Positions 42,657 to 50,827 of a DNA stretch of 64,000 nt are shown here, one piece after another (within the stretch, counting starts at the first letter, position 1; every line of letters starts with the position of its first letter). This stretch comes from Longimicrobiales bacterium (GTDB lineage: Bacteria; Gemmatimonadota; Gemmatimonadetes; Longimicrobiales; Gaopeijiaceae). Below the pieces are notes generated by a model. That model ran no database searches and had not been told where the DNA came from. It saw only the letters and a program-made list of their open reading frames with translations. The stretch spans positions 2,896,750 through 2,960,749 of the forward strand of contig CBDFMQ010000002.1 in NCBI GenBank assembly GCA_965249725.1, read 5' to 3'. The position numbers and the translations under genes were made by a program.

Positions 42657-43907
42657 TCACCCCTGGATCCTCCTTTCGATGTACTGAACGGCGGCCCGGT
42701 AGGTGTCGGGAATGAGGTGGGCGTAGGTGTCCTCGACGACCTTGGTCGTGTCACCTAGCAGGGTGGCGATCACATTGAGCGGAACGCCGTCCTGGGCCAG
42801 CCATGAGGCATAGGTGTGACGGCCACTGTGTAAGGTGAGCCCGTCGCCTTCCCTTCCGTACTTGATCCCGGCCAGCTCGAAGGCGTCCTGGGTCCAGCGA
42901 GCCGAGGTGCCGGCCGTCACAGGCTGGTCCCCGCGATGAGGGCTCACAATCAAGTACCGCTCCCCGGCATACCCTCTGCGGATGTGATCTTCGATGATCG
43001 TGACGAGGCTCTCGGTGATCGGTACGTCCCTTTCACCACGCCGCGTCTTCGGCCTCCAGGAGTAAACATCCTTTCGGGACTGTACCCGGATCAGTGGTTC
43101 GCTGCCATCTAGAAGGACATCAACGCCAGTCCTTAGATGTAGTATCTCGCCTTGGCGCAGGCCCGCGAGGAACGCAATCGCGATCATGGCGCGGTGTGGG
43201 GTCCCAATCATGCTACGATCCAGGTCCGCCCACTCCGGCGGAGTCAGGAACACGGCCCGCGTGGGCCGGATCTCGGGCATGTCGATGCCCTTCCAGGGGT
43301 TGCTACGGATCGCGGGCTGTACGTTGCGGCGAGCGAGCAGATCGGCCTCCTCGTCCATGACCATGCTCCAGAGTGCCCCGCACACGACCTGGCAAGCCCC
43401 TTGGCTGGCAGGTGCCCACGGACGCCCCGCTGTGCTTGCTTTCGGGCCGTGCAGGTACGCGCGCGCCTCGTCGACCGTCAGCTCTTCCATAGGGAAGTCC
43501 GGGCCGACGTCTCTCTCAAGGTGCCCGAGAACGGTCCGATACTTCTTGATGGTGGCCCTGCCGCGTGTGGCCTCTTTGAGCATCAGGAACCTCTCGACGG
43601 CCGGCCCGAGCCTAGGCGAATCAGAGCCCATGCGCCGCAGCTTGGTGGCGTCGCCGTTACGTAGCGCGGCCTGAGCGTCGGTGATGTGCATGTCGCCACG
43701 GCGGATCGCCTCAAGCACGTTCCAGTCGCCACGATCCATGAGCTGAGTCAAAACGGTATGGCGCTCGGTGGCCACATCCCGATCGCCGGTCCTGAGCGAG
43801 ATCGCCAGGCGGCCGCCGTTGAACCGCGAGTGCCTACGGTCGAAGTAGGCGCGGCCAGCTCGCCATACGAGGCCCTTGGGGGCACGTGAGCGCTTTCTAG
43901 GACTCAC
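42657..43907 (-). CDS. int: Tyrosine recombinase / phage integrase
   Basis: AGLRQGE (R), PKT (K), HSGRHTYASW (HxxR), LLGD, TYAH (Y). Confidence 0.93.
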   Translation of the reverse strand: MSPRKRSRAPKGLVWRAGRAYFDRRHSRFNGGRLAISLRTGDRDVATERHTVLTQLMDRGDWNVLEAIRRGDMHITDAQAALRNGDATKLRRMGSDSPRLGPAVERFLMLKEATRGRATIKKYRTVLGHLERDVGPDFPMEELTVDEARAYLHGPKASTAGRPWAPASQGACQVVCGALWSMVMDEEADLLARRNVQPAIRSNPWKGIDMPEIRPTRAVFLTPPEWADLDRSMIGTPHRAMIAIAFLAGLRQGEILHLRTGVDVLLDGSEPLIRVQSRKDVYSWRPKTRRGERDVPITESLVTIIEDHIRRGYAGERYLIVSPHRGDQPVTAGTSARWTQDAFELAGIKYGREGDGLTLHSGRHTYASWLAQDGVPLNVIATLLGDTTKVVEDTYAHLIPDTYRAAVQYIERRIQG

Positions 43908-44142
43908 TGCCCACCAGCTCCTCACACTCTTGGACGAAGCGATCGACAGCCTTCGGCGAGATTCGGTAGCGTGCCTTGCCAGAGCGCGACACGTTCAGCA
44001 CCCCCGGAGACTTCAGGTGGCCTTCGTGGATCATCTTGAGGACGAAGCCGGTGGACATTCCGCCGATGCGCTCTGCCGCCTGTTTCGGGGAGAGCCAGTT
44101 GTACTCGGCCTCGTACTGCTCTGGGGTTTTCGTTCTGCTCAC
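43897..44142 (-). CDS. xis: Excisionase-like HTH protein
   Basis: WLSPKQAAERIG..MIHEGHL..YRIS; overlaps the integrase start. Confidence 0.75.
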   Translation of the reverse strand: MSRTKTPEQYEAEYNWLSPKQAAERIGGMSTGFVLKMIHEGHLKSPGVLNVSRSGKARYRISPKAVDRFVQECEELVGSES

Positions 44143-44143
44143 C

Positions 44144-45061
44144 TCACCACGCCTCTACGGCTTCAGTGGCCCAGGGAGTTCGGGCGCACGACCCGCTGCC
44201 CCGCTCCACCATCCGCCGGAACAAAAGGACCGCGCTGTCTTGCAGTGCGCGTTTCGTGGGCTCCAGCGCGGCCCCGGCAGCGGCCCCGGCAGCGGCCCCG
44301 GCAGCGTCCCCGGCGGCGGCCCTGGCGACGGCCCAGGCAGCGGCCCCGGCAGCGTCCCAGGCAGCGGCCCCGGCAGCGTCCCAGGCAGCGGCCCAGGCGG
44401 CGGCCCCGGCGGCCCCGGCGGCGGCCCCGGCGGCGGCCCTGGTGGCGTCCACGGCGGCGGCCCTGGCGGCGGCCCAGGCAGCGGCCCCGGCAGCGTCCCC
44501 GGCAGCGTCCCAGGCAGCGTCCCAGGCAGCGGCCCAGGCAGCGTCCCCGGCAGCGGCCCAGGCAGCGGCCCAGGCGGCGGCCCCGGCGGCCCCGGCGGCG
44601 ACCCCGTCCGATCTGCGAACAGCTCCTAACCTCCCTCGCGCAGCATCGAGCGTTTCCATGTTTACGATCTCGGGGAGCGACTCCAGTCCCTCAGCGTCCG
44701 TGTCCAGGCGGGCCAGCCGCAGCCATGCGGGCGTATAGGTACGGACGATCCAATCCATCGCCATGAAGCCGCGAGCCTCGACCTGGCCATCGCTCGCCGT
44801 GCCGACGAGCGCCGGGATGAGTGGCTTCAGCCGCCCTCGTCGCTCGACGTCCAGACGGTCGTTGAGGTCGCGCCCGAACGCGCCGAGCACCGGGCAGACG
44901 CATTTCGGTTCATCGCTGTGCGGCTCGCGCGCCAGCCAGGCGACGGCCTCCATGAGGCACACGCCTTCGTCCGGGCCCTGGTGCGATCCATTTTCCAGCC
45001 TCAGGCGCCCGAACTCCTCCGCGCTCCGCCAGAACCACGGTTCGCTACGTGTCTCTTCCAT
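44144..45061 (-). CDS. Phage protein with Cys/His N-terminal domain and Ala-rich tetrapeptide repeats
   Basis: GSHQGPDEGVCLMEAVAW..HSDEPKCVCPVL followed by (AA[W/G/R][A/D])n. Confidence 0.8.
   Translation of the reverse strand: MEETRSEPWFWRSAEEFGRLRLENGSHQGPDEGVCLMEAVAWLAREPHSDEPKCVCPVLGAFGRDLNDRLDVERRGRLKPLIPALVGTASDGQVEARGFMAMDWIVRTYTPAWLRLARLDTDAEGLESLPEIVNMETLDAARGRLGAVRRSDGVAAGAAGAAAWAAAWAAAGDAAWAAAWDAAWDAAGDAAGAAAWAAARAAAVDATRAAAGAAAGAAGAAAWAAAWDAAGAAAWDAAGAAAWAVARAAAGDAAGAAAGAAAGAALEPTKRALQDSAVLLFRRMVERGSGSCARTPWATEAVEAW
44268..44600. repeat. Degenerate 12-bp coding tandem repeat
   Basis: Units such as gcggccccggca / gcgtcccaggca / gcggcccaggca over ~330 bp. Confidence 0.9.
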
Positions 45062-45064
45062 GAC

Positions 45065-45560
45065 TTAAGCTCCCTTTGTGTCTTGTTCGTCGTCGTCCCA
45101 ATCGAACGGGTCCACGCTTTTCATCGCCCAGTGCGCTGCGACCAGCAGAGCGAAACCGAGGACCACCACAGCGAGCCCGAGCCAGCTCATTGGTCTAGCT
45201 CCACCACGGCCTCAGGGCCGCCCACGCGCAGCGCATGGACAAGCTCGCGCCGCTTCGATTCGATGTCGTCGAGCCGCGTGAACGAGGTGTCCACACACGT
45301 CTGAGCGAGGTCGCGGAACCCCACCGCGCTTTCGGCCAGGCGAGCGTTGTGTACCTCGGCCCTCCACCAGCCGATGGCCGTGAAGAGCAGGCCCAAGAGC
45401 AGCAGGAACCGTTTCAGCGCTTCGACGTCGATCATCGGTGGTGCGCCTCCTGGGTCTCGGACTCCTCGTCTTCTTCGCTGGCCTCGAACCACGCGAGCCC
45501 GGCGAGCAGCGCAAGGCACGGCACCACCACGTCGAGCGCTATCCACTGGGCGGCGGTCAT
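45065..45560 (-). CDS. Three tandem small membrane proteins (45065-45190, 45187-45435, 45432-45560)
   Basis: MSWLGLAVVVLGFALLVAAHW.., MIDVEALKRFLLLLGLLF.., MTAAQWIALDVVVPCLALLAG..; ATGA overlaps. Confidence 0.6.
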
Positions 45561-45907
45561 TGGCCTGTCCTCACGACCCAGACGGCGCACCGCCGTCCGG
45601 TATGCGGAGAATTTCTACGGTGCCCGGAGTCGCGGATCATGCCGAGCTTCACGAGCTCGTTACGGCGGGCGCATACGCTCTGGCGCAGCATCGACAGGCC
45701 GCCTTCTATCTCCGCGTCGGTGGCCCCAGCGTCGCCCCGTGCCAGGATGTAGCCGTAGACCTCGGCCCGCTTGGTCGGCGCACATTCAGCTGCGCTCCGT
45801 GCCGCCTCGCGCGACGTGTCGGAGCCCTTCTGGTGCGGGGGCAGCCCTCCGTAGGGCTGCCGCTCATCGAGGAAGAGCGGCAGGCCCGTCAGTTCGGCCG
45901 GCCTCAC
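45557..45907 (-). CDS. Phage winged-HTH protein
   Basis: DTSREAA, GATDAEI, SVCARRNELVKLG..DSG.RR. Confidence 0.7.
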   Translation of the reverse strand: MRPAELTGLPLFLDERQPYGGLPPHQKGSDTSREAARSAAECAPTKRAEVYGYILARGDAGATDAEIEGGLSMLRQSVCARRNELVKLGMIRDSGHRRNSPHTGRRCAVWVVRTGQ

Positions 45908-47040
45908 ACCGGCCTCGGGATGGAGTGTTCTGCCCGCAGAGGTACTGCCACAAAGACCACCGGGTCGCCGTCTACGGGTTCGATGCGTATCGGCCTAGTG
46001 GCTTCGCTCAATTTTTCGCTCAATCTCAGGATCATGCGTCCACTGACACTGCGCGCGATCTGGCGCAGATACACAGCGTTGACAGCGAACGTGATGTCTC
46101 CCTGAACGTCGGCGGCGAGCGTCTCCTCGTATCCGCCCCTGTCTGTGGAGTCCGAGCGGAAGAGCGCCCTACCGTCGTAGAGATCGACCTGAAGCCGGAA
46201 GAAATCCTCGCGCATGACGGAAACAGCCAGCCCACAGGCTCTGGCAACGGATGTCGCTTCCAGCTCGGCGCTGACCGGGCAATCGGCGGCGTCAGGGGTC
46301 ACACGATCGAGGTCGGGATACTTCCCTTCCTTTTGCGATACCCGAAGCGTCTCGTACCCAGCGGCGAAATCGGCCCAGCGGCGATCCCAGCGAAAGCGTA
46401 CATCCTTATCGCCCGCGCGCTTGGCCAATGCCGCCAGCAGAGGCGCGTCCTGTCGCGCAATCATCAGGGACAGCCCGGCGGGCGCCTCGATCCGTGAGTC
46501 GTACCGGCCGAGCACGTGGCCGCTCGTGGCTTCGACTGTGAGGTGCCCTTCGCGCTCCCGAAAATGCACACAGGCGAGGAGCGGGCGGGCGACGCCCTCG
46601 GTGGACGCGGCCCAGGTGGTCCGGTCCAGCGCGTCGCGTAGTACGGATGCCGGCACCTCCACCTCTCCCGCCGACTCGATGTCCCCGAACAGAGGCCAGT
46701 CGCTAACCGATAGCGTGGGCAGGGTCACCGAGGCGGAACCGCCGCGCGCCGTGCGTGGCCCTTCACCGTTTCCAGACAACTCGATCGTCTCGCCGGATGC
46801 GTGCTCGGCGAGCGCCAACAGGCCGTCGGGCCGGATCAACATCCGGCCTTCCTCGCACACGTCGCACTCGACCTGCACAGAGCCCCAACGCTGCAGGTCC
46901 GTGGCCTGGAGCTCCAACCCGTCCTCGCGGGCCGCAACATGGATCATGTCCAGCACCGGCAAAACGGAGCGGGACGCCTGGACCTTGGAAACAGTGGCCA
47001 GTGCGGTGCGCAACGCCTTGGCTTCGACGGTTGCTTTCAC
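45904..47040 (-). CDS. dnaN: Phage-encoded DNA polymerase III beta sliding clamp homologue
   Basis: LPVL..LQATDL, RPLLACVHF, EGKYPDLDRV, FAVNAVYL; 378 aa. Confidence 0.85.
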   Translation of the reverse strand: MKATVEAKALRTALATVSKVQASRSVLPVLDMIHVAAREDGLELQATDLQRWGSVQVECDVCEEGRMLIRPDGLLALAEHASGETIELSGNGEGPRTARGGSASVTLPTLSVSDWPLFGDIESAGEVEVPASVLRDALDRTTWAASTEGVARPLLACVHFREREGHLTVEATSGHVLGRYDSRIEAPAGLSLMIARQDAPLLAALAKRAGDKDVRFRWDRRWADFAAGYETLRVSQKEGKYPDLDRVTPDAADCPVSAELEATSVARACGLAVSVMREDFFRLQVDLYDGRALFRSDSTDRGGYEETLAADVQGDITFAVNAVYLRQIARSVSGRMILRLSEKLSEATRPIRIEPVDGDPVVFVAVPLRAEHSIPRPV

Positions 47041-47303
47041 GTGGCCAGCTCCTCTTCATGGATCGCCAGCGCGAGGCGTTCCAGCTTGGCAAGCTCGGCG
47101 ACCATACTCTCGATGTCGGCGCCCAGCCGGAACCGCTCGTCCTCGTCGTCATTCGCCCTGCGTCTTTTGGCCTCAAGCCGAGCAATTGTGCTCCGACACG
47201 AACGCAGCTCGCCGAACACCCGCGCTCGCCCCTCGCCGGGCGGCGGGATCTTGGGCGCCGCGCCTGTGCCAGCCTGTGTCTCCGTGGACGGCTCCATGCT
47301 CAT
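47037..47303 (-). CDS. Hypothetical coiled-coil phage protein
   Basis: Stop overlaps the clamp start; coiled-coil-like sequence. Confidence 0.5.
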   Translation of the reverse strand: MSMEPSTETQAGTGAAPKIPPPGEGRARVFGELRSCRSTIARLEAKRRRANDDEDERFRLGADIESMVAELAKLERLALAIHEEELAT

Positions 47304-47410
47304 CGCCGGGCGAGTGCGTTGGCGTGCTGGATGGCGCTGTGGTCCCAGTCGAGCCGGGCCTCGATCGCCCAGTACTCGTGACGGGCCAGCTCGCGCTCCT
47401 CGTTCTGCAT

Positions 47411-48148
47411 CTAGTGGCCCTCCACCTGGGCGGTCGGCCGGGTGTGGTGATCCCCGAGCGGCAGTTCGCCGTCGTCGGTAGGCTCGGGCTCGGCTTGTTC
47501 CAACTCTTCGGCCTCGATCACCTCCGGTGGATCGCCACCGTCGAGCTGCTCGGCGAGCGCGGCCTTCCGGTCGGCGATCGAGGGGCCGATGTCCTCGGCT
47601 TCCTCGGCTGTGTGAAGCCCTACCGCGAGTTCCGGGCAGTGCGTCCGGGACCAGAATGCGGCGGCACGGTAACGCAGCATCTGCTCCGGCATCGTCTTCC
47701 ACTTCGAGCCGTTCTTCGTCGCCCAGCCCTCCGCCTTCGCCATCCCGACCGTGACCAGTGTTCCGATCAGCTCCTCGCCATCCCCTAGGTCCACCGCCAC
47801 GGCTCGGCAGCCCCATGAGTCCTCGCCCTCCGTGCCCTCGAAGCGGAAGCGCAGGGGAGAGAAGCGCCCCGAACGGTTCACGGCAGCGATCAGGAACTGA
47901 GCGCTCCAGCTCGGACGGCCGTTGATGATGTGAAGGTTCTGCATCACGGCCAGGACCGGGACCTGAGTGCGCTGGGCCATCTCCATCGCCACAAGCACGT
48001 TCGAGGCATTGTCCCGGTAGTCGCTCGGGATGATCGAACTCTCCGATAGCGCCTTGGCCTTGCGAGCTACCAGATCCCAGCCCTCTTCCGTGTCGGTCGA
48101 TAGGATTCCGGGCTCGGTGCGAGTCAGCGCAGTTCCGTTGCTAGACAT
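47411..48148 (-). CDS. RecT-like ssDNA annealing protein
   Basis: VMQNLHIINGRPSWSAQF, WKTMPEQMLRYRAAAFW; adjacent to exonuclease. Confidence 0.75.
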   Translation of the reverse strand: MSSNGTALTRTEPGILSTDTEEGWDLVARKAKALSESSIIPSDYRDNASNVLVAMEMAQRTQVPVLAVMQNLHIINGRPSWSAQFLIAAVNRSGRFSPLRFRFEGTEGEDSWGCRAVAVDLGDGEELIGTLVTVGMAKAEGWATKNGSKWKTMPEQMLRYRAAAFWSRTHCPELAVGLHTAEEAEDIGPSIADRKAALAEQLDGGDPPEVIEAEELEQAEPEPTDDGELPLGDHHTRPTAQVEGH

Positions 48149-49037
48149 CGGTGTCCTCCTCGTTGCGGGTGGCCCATCCAGGTAGGCGCAGCGTCAGGAA
48201 CTCGTCGCCGTAGCCCGGCCAGTAGTCCTCGGCTTCGCAGTACTTGAAGTGATCGAGAAGCCGCGTGACCTCGTCGCTCGTGATGCGCAGATCATCCTCG
48301 TCGATGAGGTAGCAGGCCACCGAGTAGGGTGGAGCCGATTCGACGGTGACCAGCGCGGACGCCGTGCACTCGGTGCCGAGAGCCGCCAGTCCACGCCGAT
48401 AGAATGCCTCCCTGCGGTGGTAGCCACGCCGCGCGGCATCCGAGCCGAATACCCACGGTGAAGCGTCGCGCGTGCTCTTGAGGTTCACCGACAGGTTGGC
48501 ACGCTCGACCAACCGATCGGGCCGGATCTTGCAAAGCACCCCGGTCTCGGGGTCCTCAAAGACGCCCGTGACCTCCAATTCGCCACGGCCCTCGAACAGG
48601 CTGCCGGATCGTGGGTGCCTTAGCACCGCATCTCGCATGCCGAGCACCGATGCGTAGTCGGCCTCCGCGAGCACCGCGATCGTCGGATCATCCGGCGCTT
48701 CGCCCTTGCCTGGGTCGTGGGACTTGCAGAAGCTCTGGCCGTCCCGGTAGACCGAGCCCTGGTATGCGCAGCGCTCTCCGTCCTTCCTCTTCCCCTCGCA
48801 CCGGCCCAGCGTCACGTAACGGCCCTCGAACGTCTCGGGCTCCAGGATCGCCAGGTGTAGCGCTGTGCCCCGCTCTAGCGCCGGGGTCGCGCTGCGTGGC
48901 GCCTGGAGCGTGTAGCGGTAATGCTCGGGGCACCGCCTGAATTCTTCCAGCAACGACGCGCTCATCGCCGGGAGCGCCAAGTAGTCGGACAGCGCTAGGT
49001 CGCGCGTCCATCCTGGGTTAAGGGTTGCCGTTGTCAT
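48141..49037 (-). CDS. RecE/exonuclease VIII-like PD-(D/E)XK nuclease (DUF3799-like)
   Basis: MSASLL, GTALHLAILEP, CKIRPD, NLKST, YHRREAFY, WPGY. Confidence 0.85.
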   Translation of the reverse strand: MTTATLNPGWTRDLALSDYLALPAMSASLLEEFRRCPEHYRYTLQAPRSATPALERGTALHLAILEPETFEGRYVTLGRCEGKRKDGERCAYQGSVYRDGQSFCKSHDPGKGEAPDDPTIAVLAEADYASVLGMRDAVLRHPRSGSLFEGRGELEVTGVFEDPETGVLCKIRPDRLVERANLSVNLKSTRDASPWVFGSDAARRGYHRREAFYRRGLAALGTECTASALVTVESAPPYSVACYLIDEDDLRITSDEVTRLLDHFKYCEAEDYWPGYGDEFLTLRLPGWATRNEEDTDV

Positions 49038-49076
49038 CGTTTCCCTCCTATCTTCCGGTTGTGGGTTGTTGGATCG

Positions 49077-49125
49077 AACGCCCCGGGACTGGTTTGGTCG
49101 CCTGCCCGGGGCGTTTCGTTTTATT
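49077..49125 (+). terminator. GC-rich hairpin with T-rich tail on the + strand
   Basis: aacgccccggg (49077-49087) pairs with cccggggcgtt (49105-49115), then tcgttttatt. Confidence 0.6.
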
Positions 49126-49172
49126 CCCGCGTCCGCTCATGACCACACCTTGCGGGTACAATCAGACATCGG

Positions 49173-49403
49173 ATGACGACCTTTCGGATTCGTGACATGG
49201 ATGATCGCCTGCTTGAGTATTCAATGGCGACCATGAAAGACGGCCTCGCAGAATTTGCCTTACTGAGATTTCGGACCCCTCACGGATGGCAAACTTTCGT
49301 GGCCACTGAAACACACCTGAGAGAATTGGCTGCGGCTCTGCTGAAGCTGGCATCTGTCACGACTCCTGATGATCTGGAGCCGCCAAGCTCCCTAGATCCC
49401 TAG
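49173..49403 (+). CDS. Small hypothetical protein antisense to the early operon
   Basis: 76-aa ORF; TACAAT -10-like hexamer just upstream. Confidence 0.5.
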   Translation: MTTFRIRDMDDRLLEYSMATMKDGLAEFALLRFRTPHGWQTFVATETHLRELAAALLKLASVTTPDDLEPPSSLDP

Positions 49404-49955
49404 GGGGCCGGCGGCAGGTTCGCGGACCTTCATTTCGGTACTGCCCTCCCACACCTTGCGGACCGCACTCACGGGGCTGGCCGCCCGGTAGTAGCTGTCC
49501 TGACGATGAGCGTACTCTGCTGCGAGCTCTGCCCCGGACTTGCCGGTGGGGTCGACTTGCGTCCCGTCCCGCACCATCCACTCGAAATCGCACAGGTAGC
49601 ACGTGTGCTCGGTGTGGCCGTCCTCGTAGTCCTCGTAGAGCACGGGCAGGCAGAGCTTCGAGCACTCGCGGCACTCGCGCAGGCCCTTGCGGTCGGTGAA
49701 GTCCTGGGCGAGATCGGCGCGCATGGTCTCCGGCCGCTCCTCGCCCTGCCGGTCGATGTAGACGACATCGACGCACGTCTCACACGCCGGCAGATCGTCC
49801 GGCACACGCCCGTCCATGCCGCCCGCAGGCACCAGGCCTATCCGCTTGCGAAGCGAATGCGCGTCCTCGCCGAGCATCTCCGCTCGTGCTTCCTCGCCAT
49901 CGTCCCACGCCATCTCCGACGCCGCCTCCAATTCCCTGAGTTCCTTGACGCTCAT
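49392..49955 (-). CDS. Phage protein with CxxC zinc-finger motifs
   Basis: CETC, CRECSKLC, CYLC. Confidence 0.6.
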   Translation of the reverse strand: MSVKELRELEAASEMAWDDGEEARAEMLGEDAHSLRKRIGLVPAGGMDGRVPDDLPACETCVDVVYIDRQGEERPETMRADLAQDFTDRKGLRECRECSKLCLPVLYEDYEDGHTEHTCYLCDFEWMVRDGTQVDPTGKSGAELAAEYAHRQDSYYRAASPVSAVRKVWEGSTEMKVREPAAGPLGI

Positions 49956-50218
49956 CTGCCTTACCCCCTCGCTTCTGGTGCATGAACCTCGGTGCGCTTC
50001 ACCCCGCCACCTCCTCGGCTCCCTCACCCGCCGTGACATTAATCCTCGGCGTTGAAGGCCTCCATTCGGTCTAGCCTGCTGCTGCTCGCTCATCGCCGAC
50101 CTCTCTCTGGCTTCCCCTCGCCCGCCAGCACCCGCTCGCGCATGGACGGGAAGGCTCCCCCGCCGATACGATCAGCGTCGCCAAACAACCGATCAGCCAT
50201 CAACAAAGGAGCCTCCCC

Positions 50219-50431
50219 ATGTCCACGGATTTCTCGACAAAACTTGTCACCGTCTTGGCCCGTACTTTGCACAACAGAGGCATCATCGACTTTCGTGAGG
50301 ACTATCTACTCGGGGTTGGGACGATTGCCCTCGCCGCAAAAACCTCCGGGAACAACGCCGAAGCCGAGCGATTGCTCGATTACATAAGCAGCTGCCGGAC
50401 GGCGTTCGAGCAGGGGGATGGTCCAGCATGA
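50219..50431 (+). CDS. Small hypothetical protein antisense to the early operon
   Basis: AAGGAG RBS; 70-aa ORF. Confidence 0.5.
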   Translation: MSTDFSTKLVTVLARTLHNRGIIDFREDYLLGVGTIALAAKTSGNNAEAERLLDYISSCRTAFEQGDGPA

Positions 50432-50536
50432 AGTAGCGTTGCCAAAAGATCTCATCGCTGCCGGTGACGGCGGGACGTTCCCGGATCGCTCGGGGCACTT
50501 CCTCGCGCACGATCTCCCGGACACGCTGCTCGTCCA

Positions 50537-50764
50537 TCACGCGCCCCCCGCCAGCACACGCTCGCGCGCCTCGTTCGCCGCCTTCTCGGCCGCTTCCAGC
50601 CTGTCGAGCGTCGCGTTGAGCCGAGCCTCGAAACCCTCGGGGGGCTTCCGGAGCCCGCGCAGATAGCGGCTCAAGAGGGAGCGGTCGATCCCCATCTCCA
50701 GGGCTACGCGCTCCTGGGGAATGCCCAGGCGGGCAAGGCGGATCTTGATATGGATGCTGTCCAT
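50537..50764 (-). CDS. Cro-like XRE HTH regulator
   Basis: IPQERVALEMGIDRSLLSRYLRG; divergent from cI. Confidence 0.85.
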   Translation of the reverse strand: MDSIHIKIRLARLGIPQERVALEMGIDRSLLSRYLRGLRKPPEGFEARLNATLDRLEAAEKAANEARERVLAGGA

Positions 50765-50827
50765 GTGAGATAGATACATGGATGCCATCCATGTGTCAAC
50801 CCACGGGGTGACCGATATATTGATGAC
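50748..50827. promoter_or_regulatory. Divergent promoters and operators of the lysis/lysogeny switch
   Basis: Perfect palindrome ACATGGATG-C-CATCCATGT (50776-50794); second imperfect site at 50748-50766; minus strand TTGACA-N17-TATCTA; plus strand GTGTCA-N17-TATATT. Confidence 0.8.

Noticed and set aside
42560..42660. tRNA or tmRNA integration target at the prophage edge
   Set aside because: No cloverleaf, T-loop GTTCGA or CCA end recognisable.
43876..44766. Plus-strand Gly-Pro, RPRQ and Ala-Pro repeat ORFs
   Set aside because: Shadow frames of the 12-bp repeat; the minus-strand ORF has a recognisable N-terminal domain and fits the operon.
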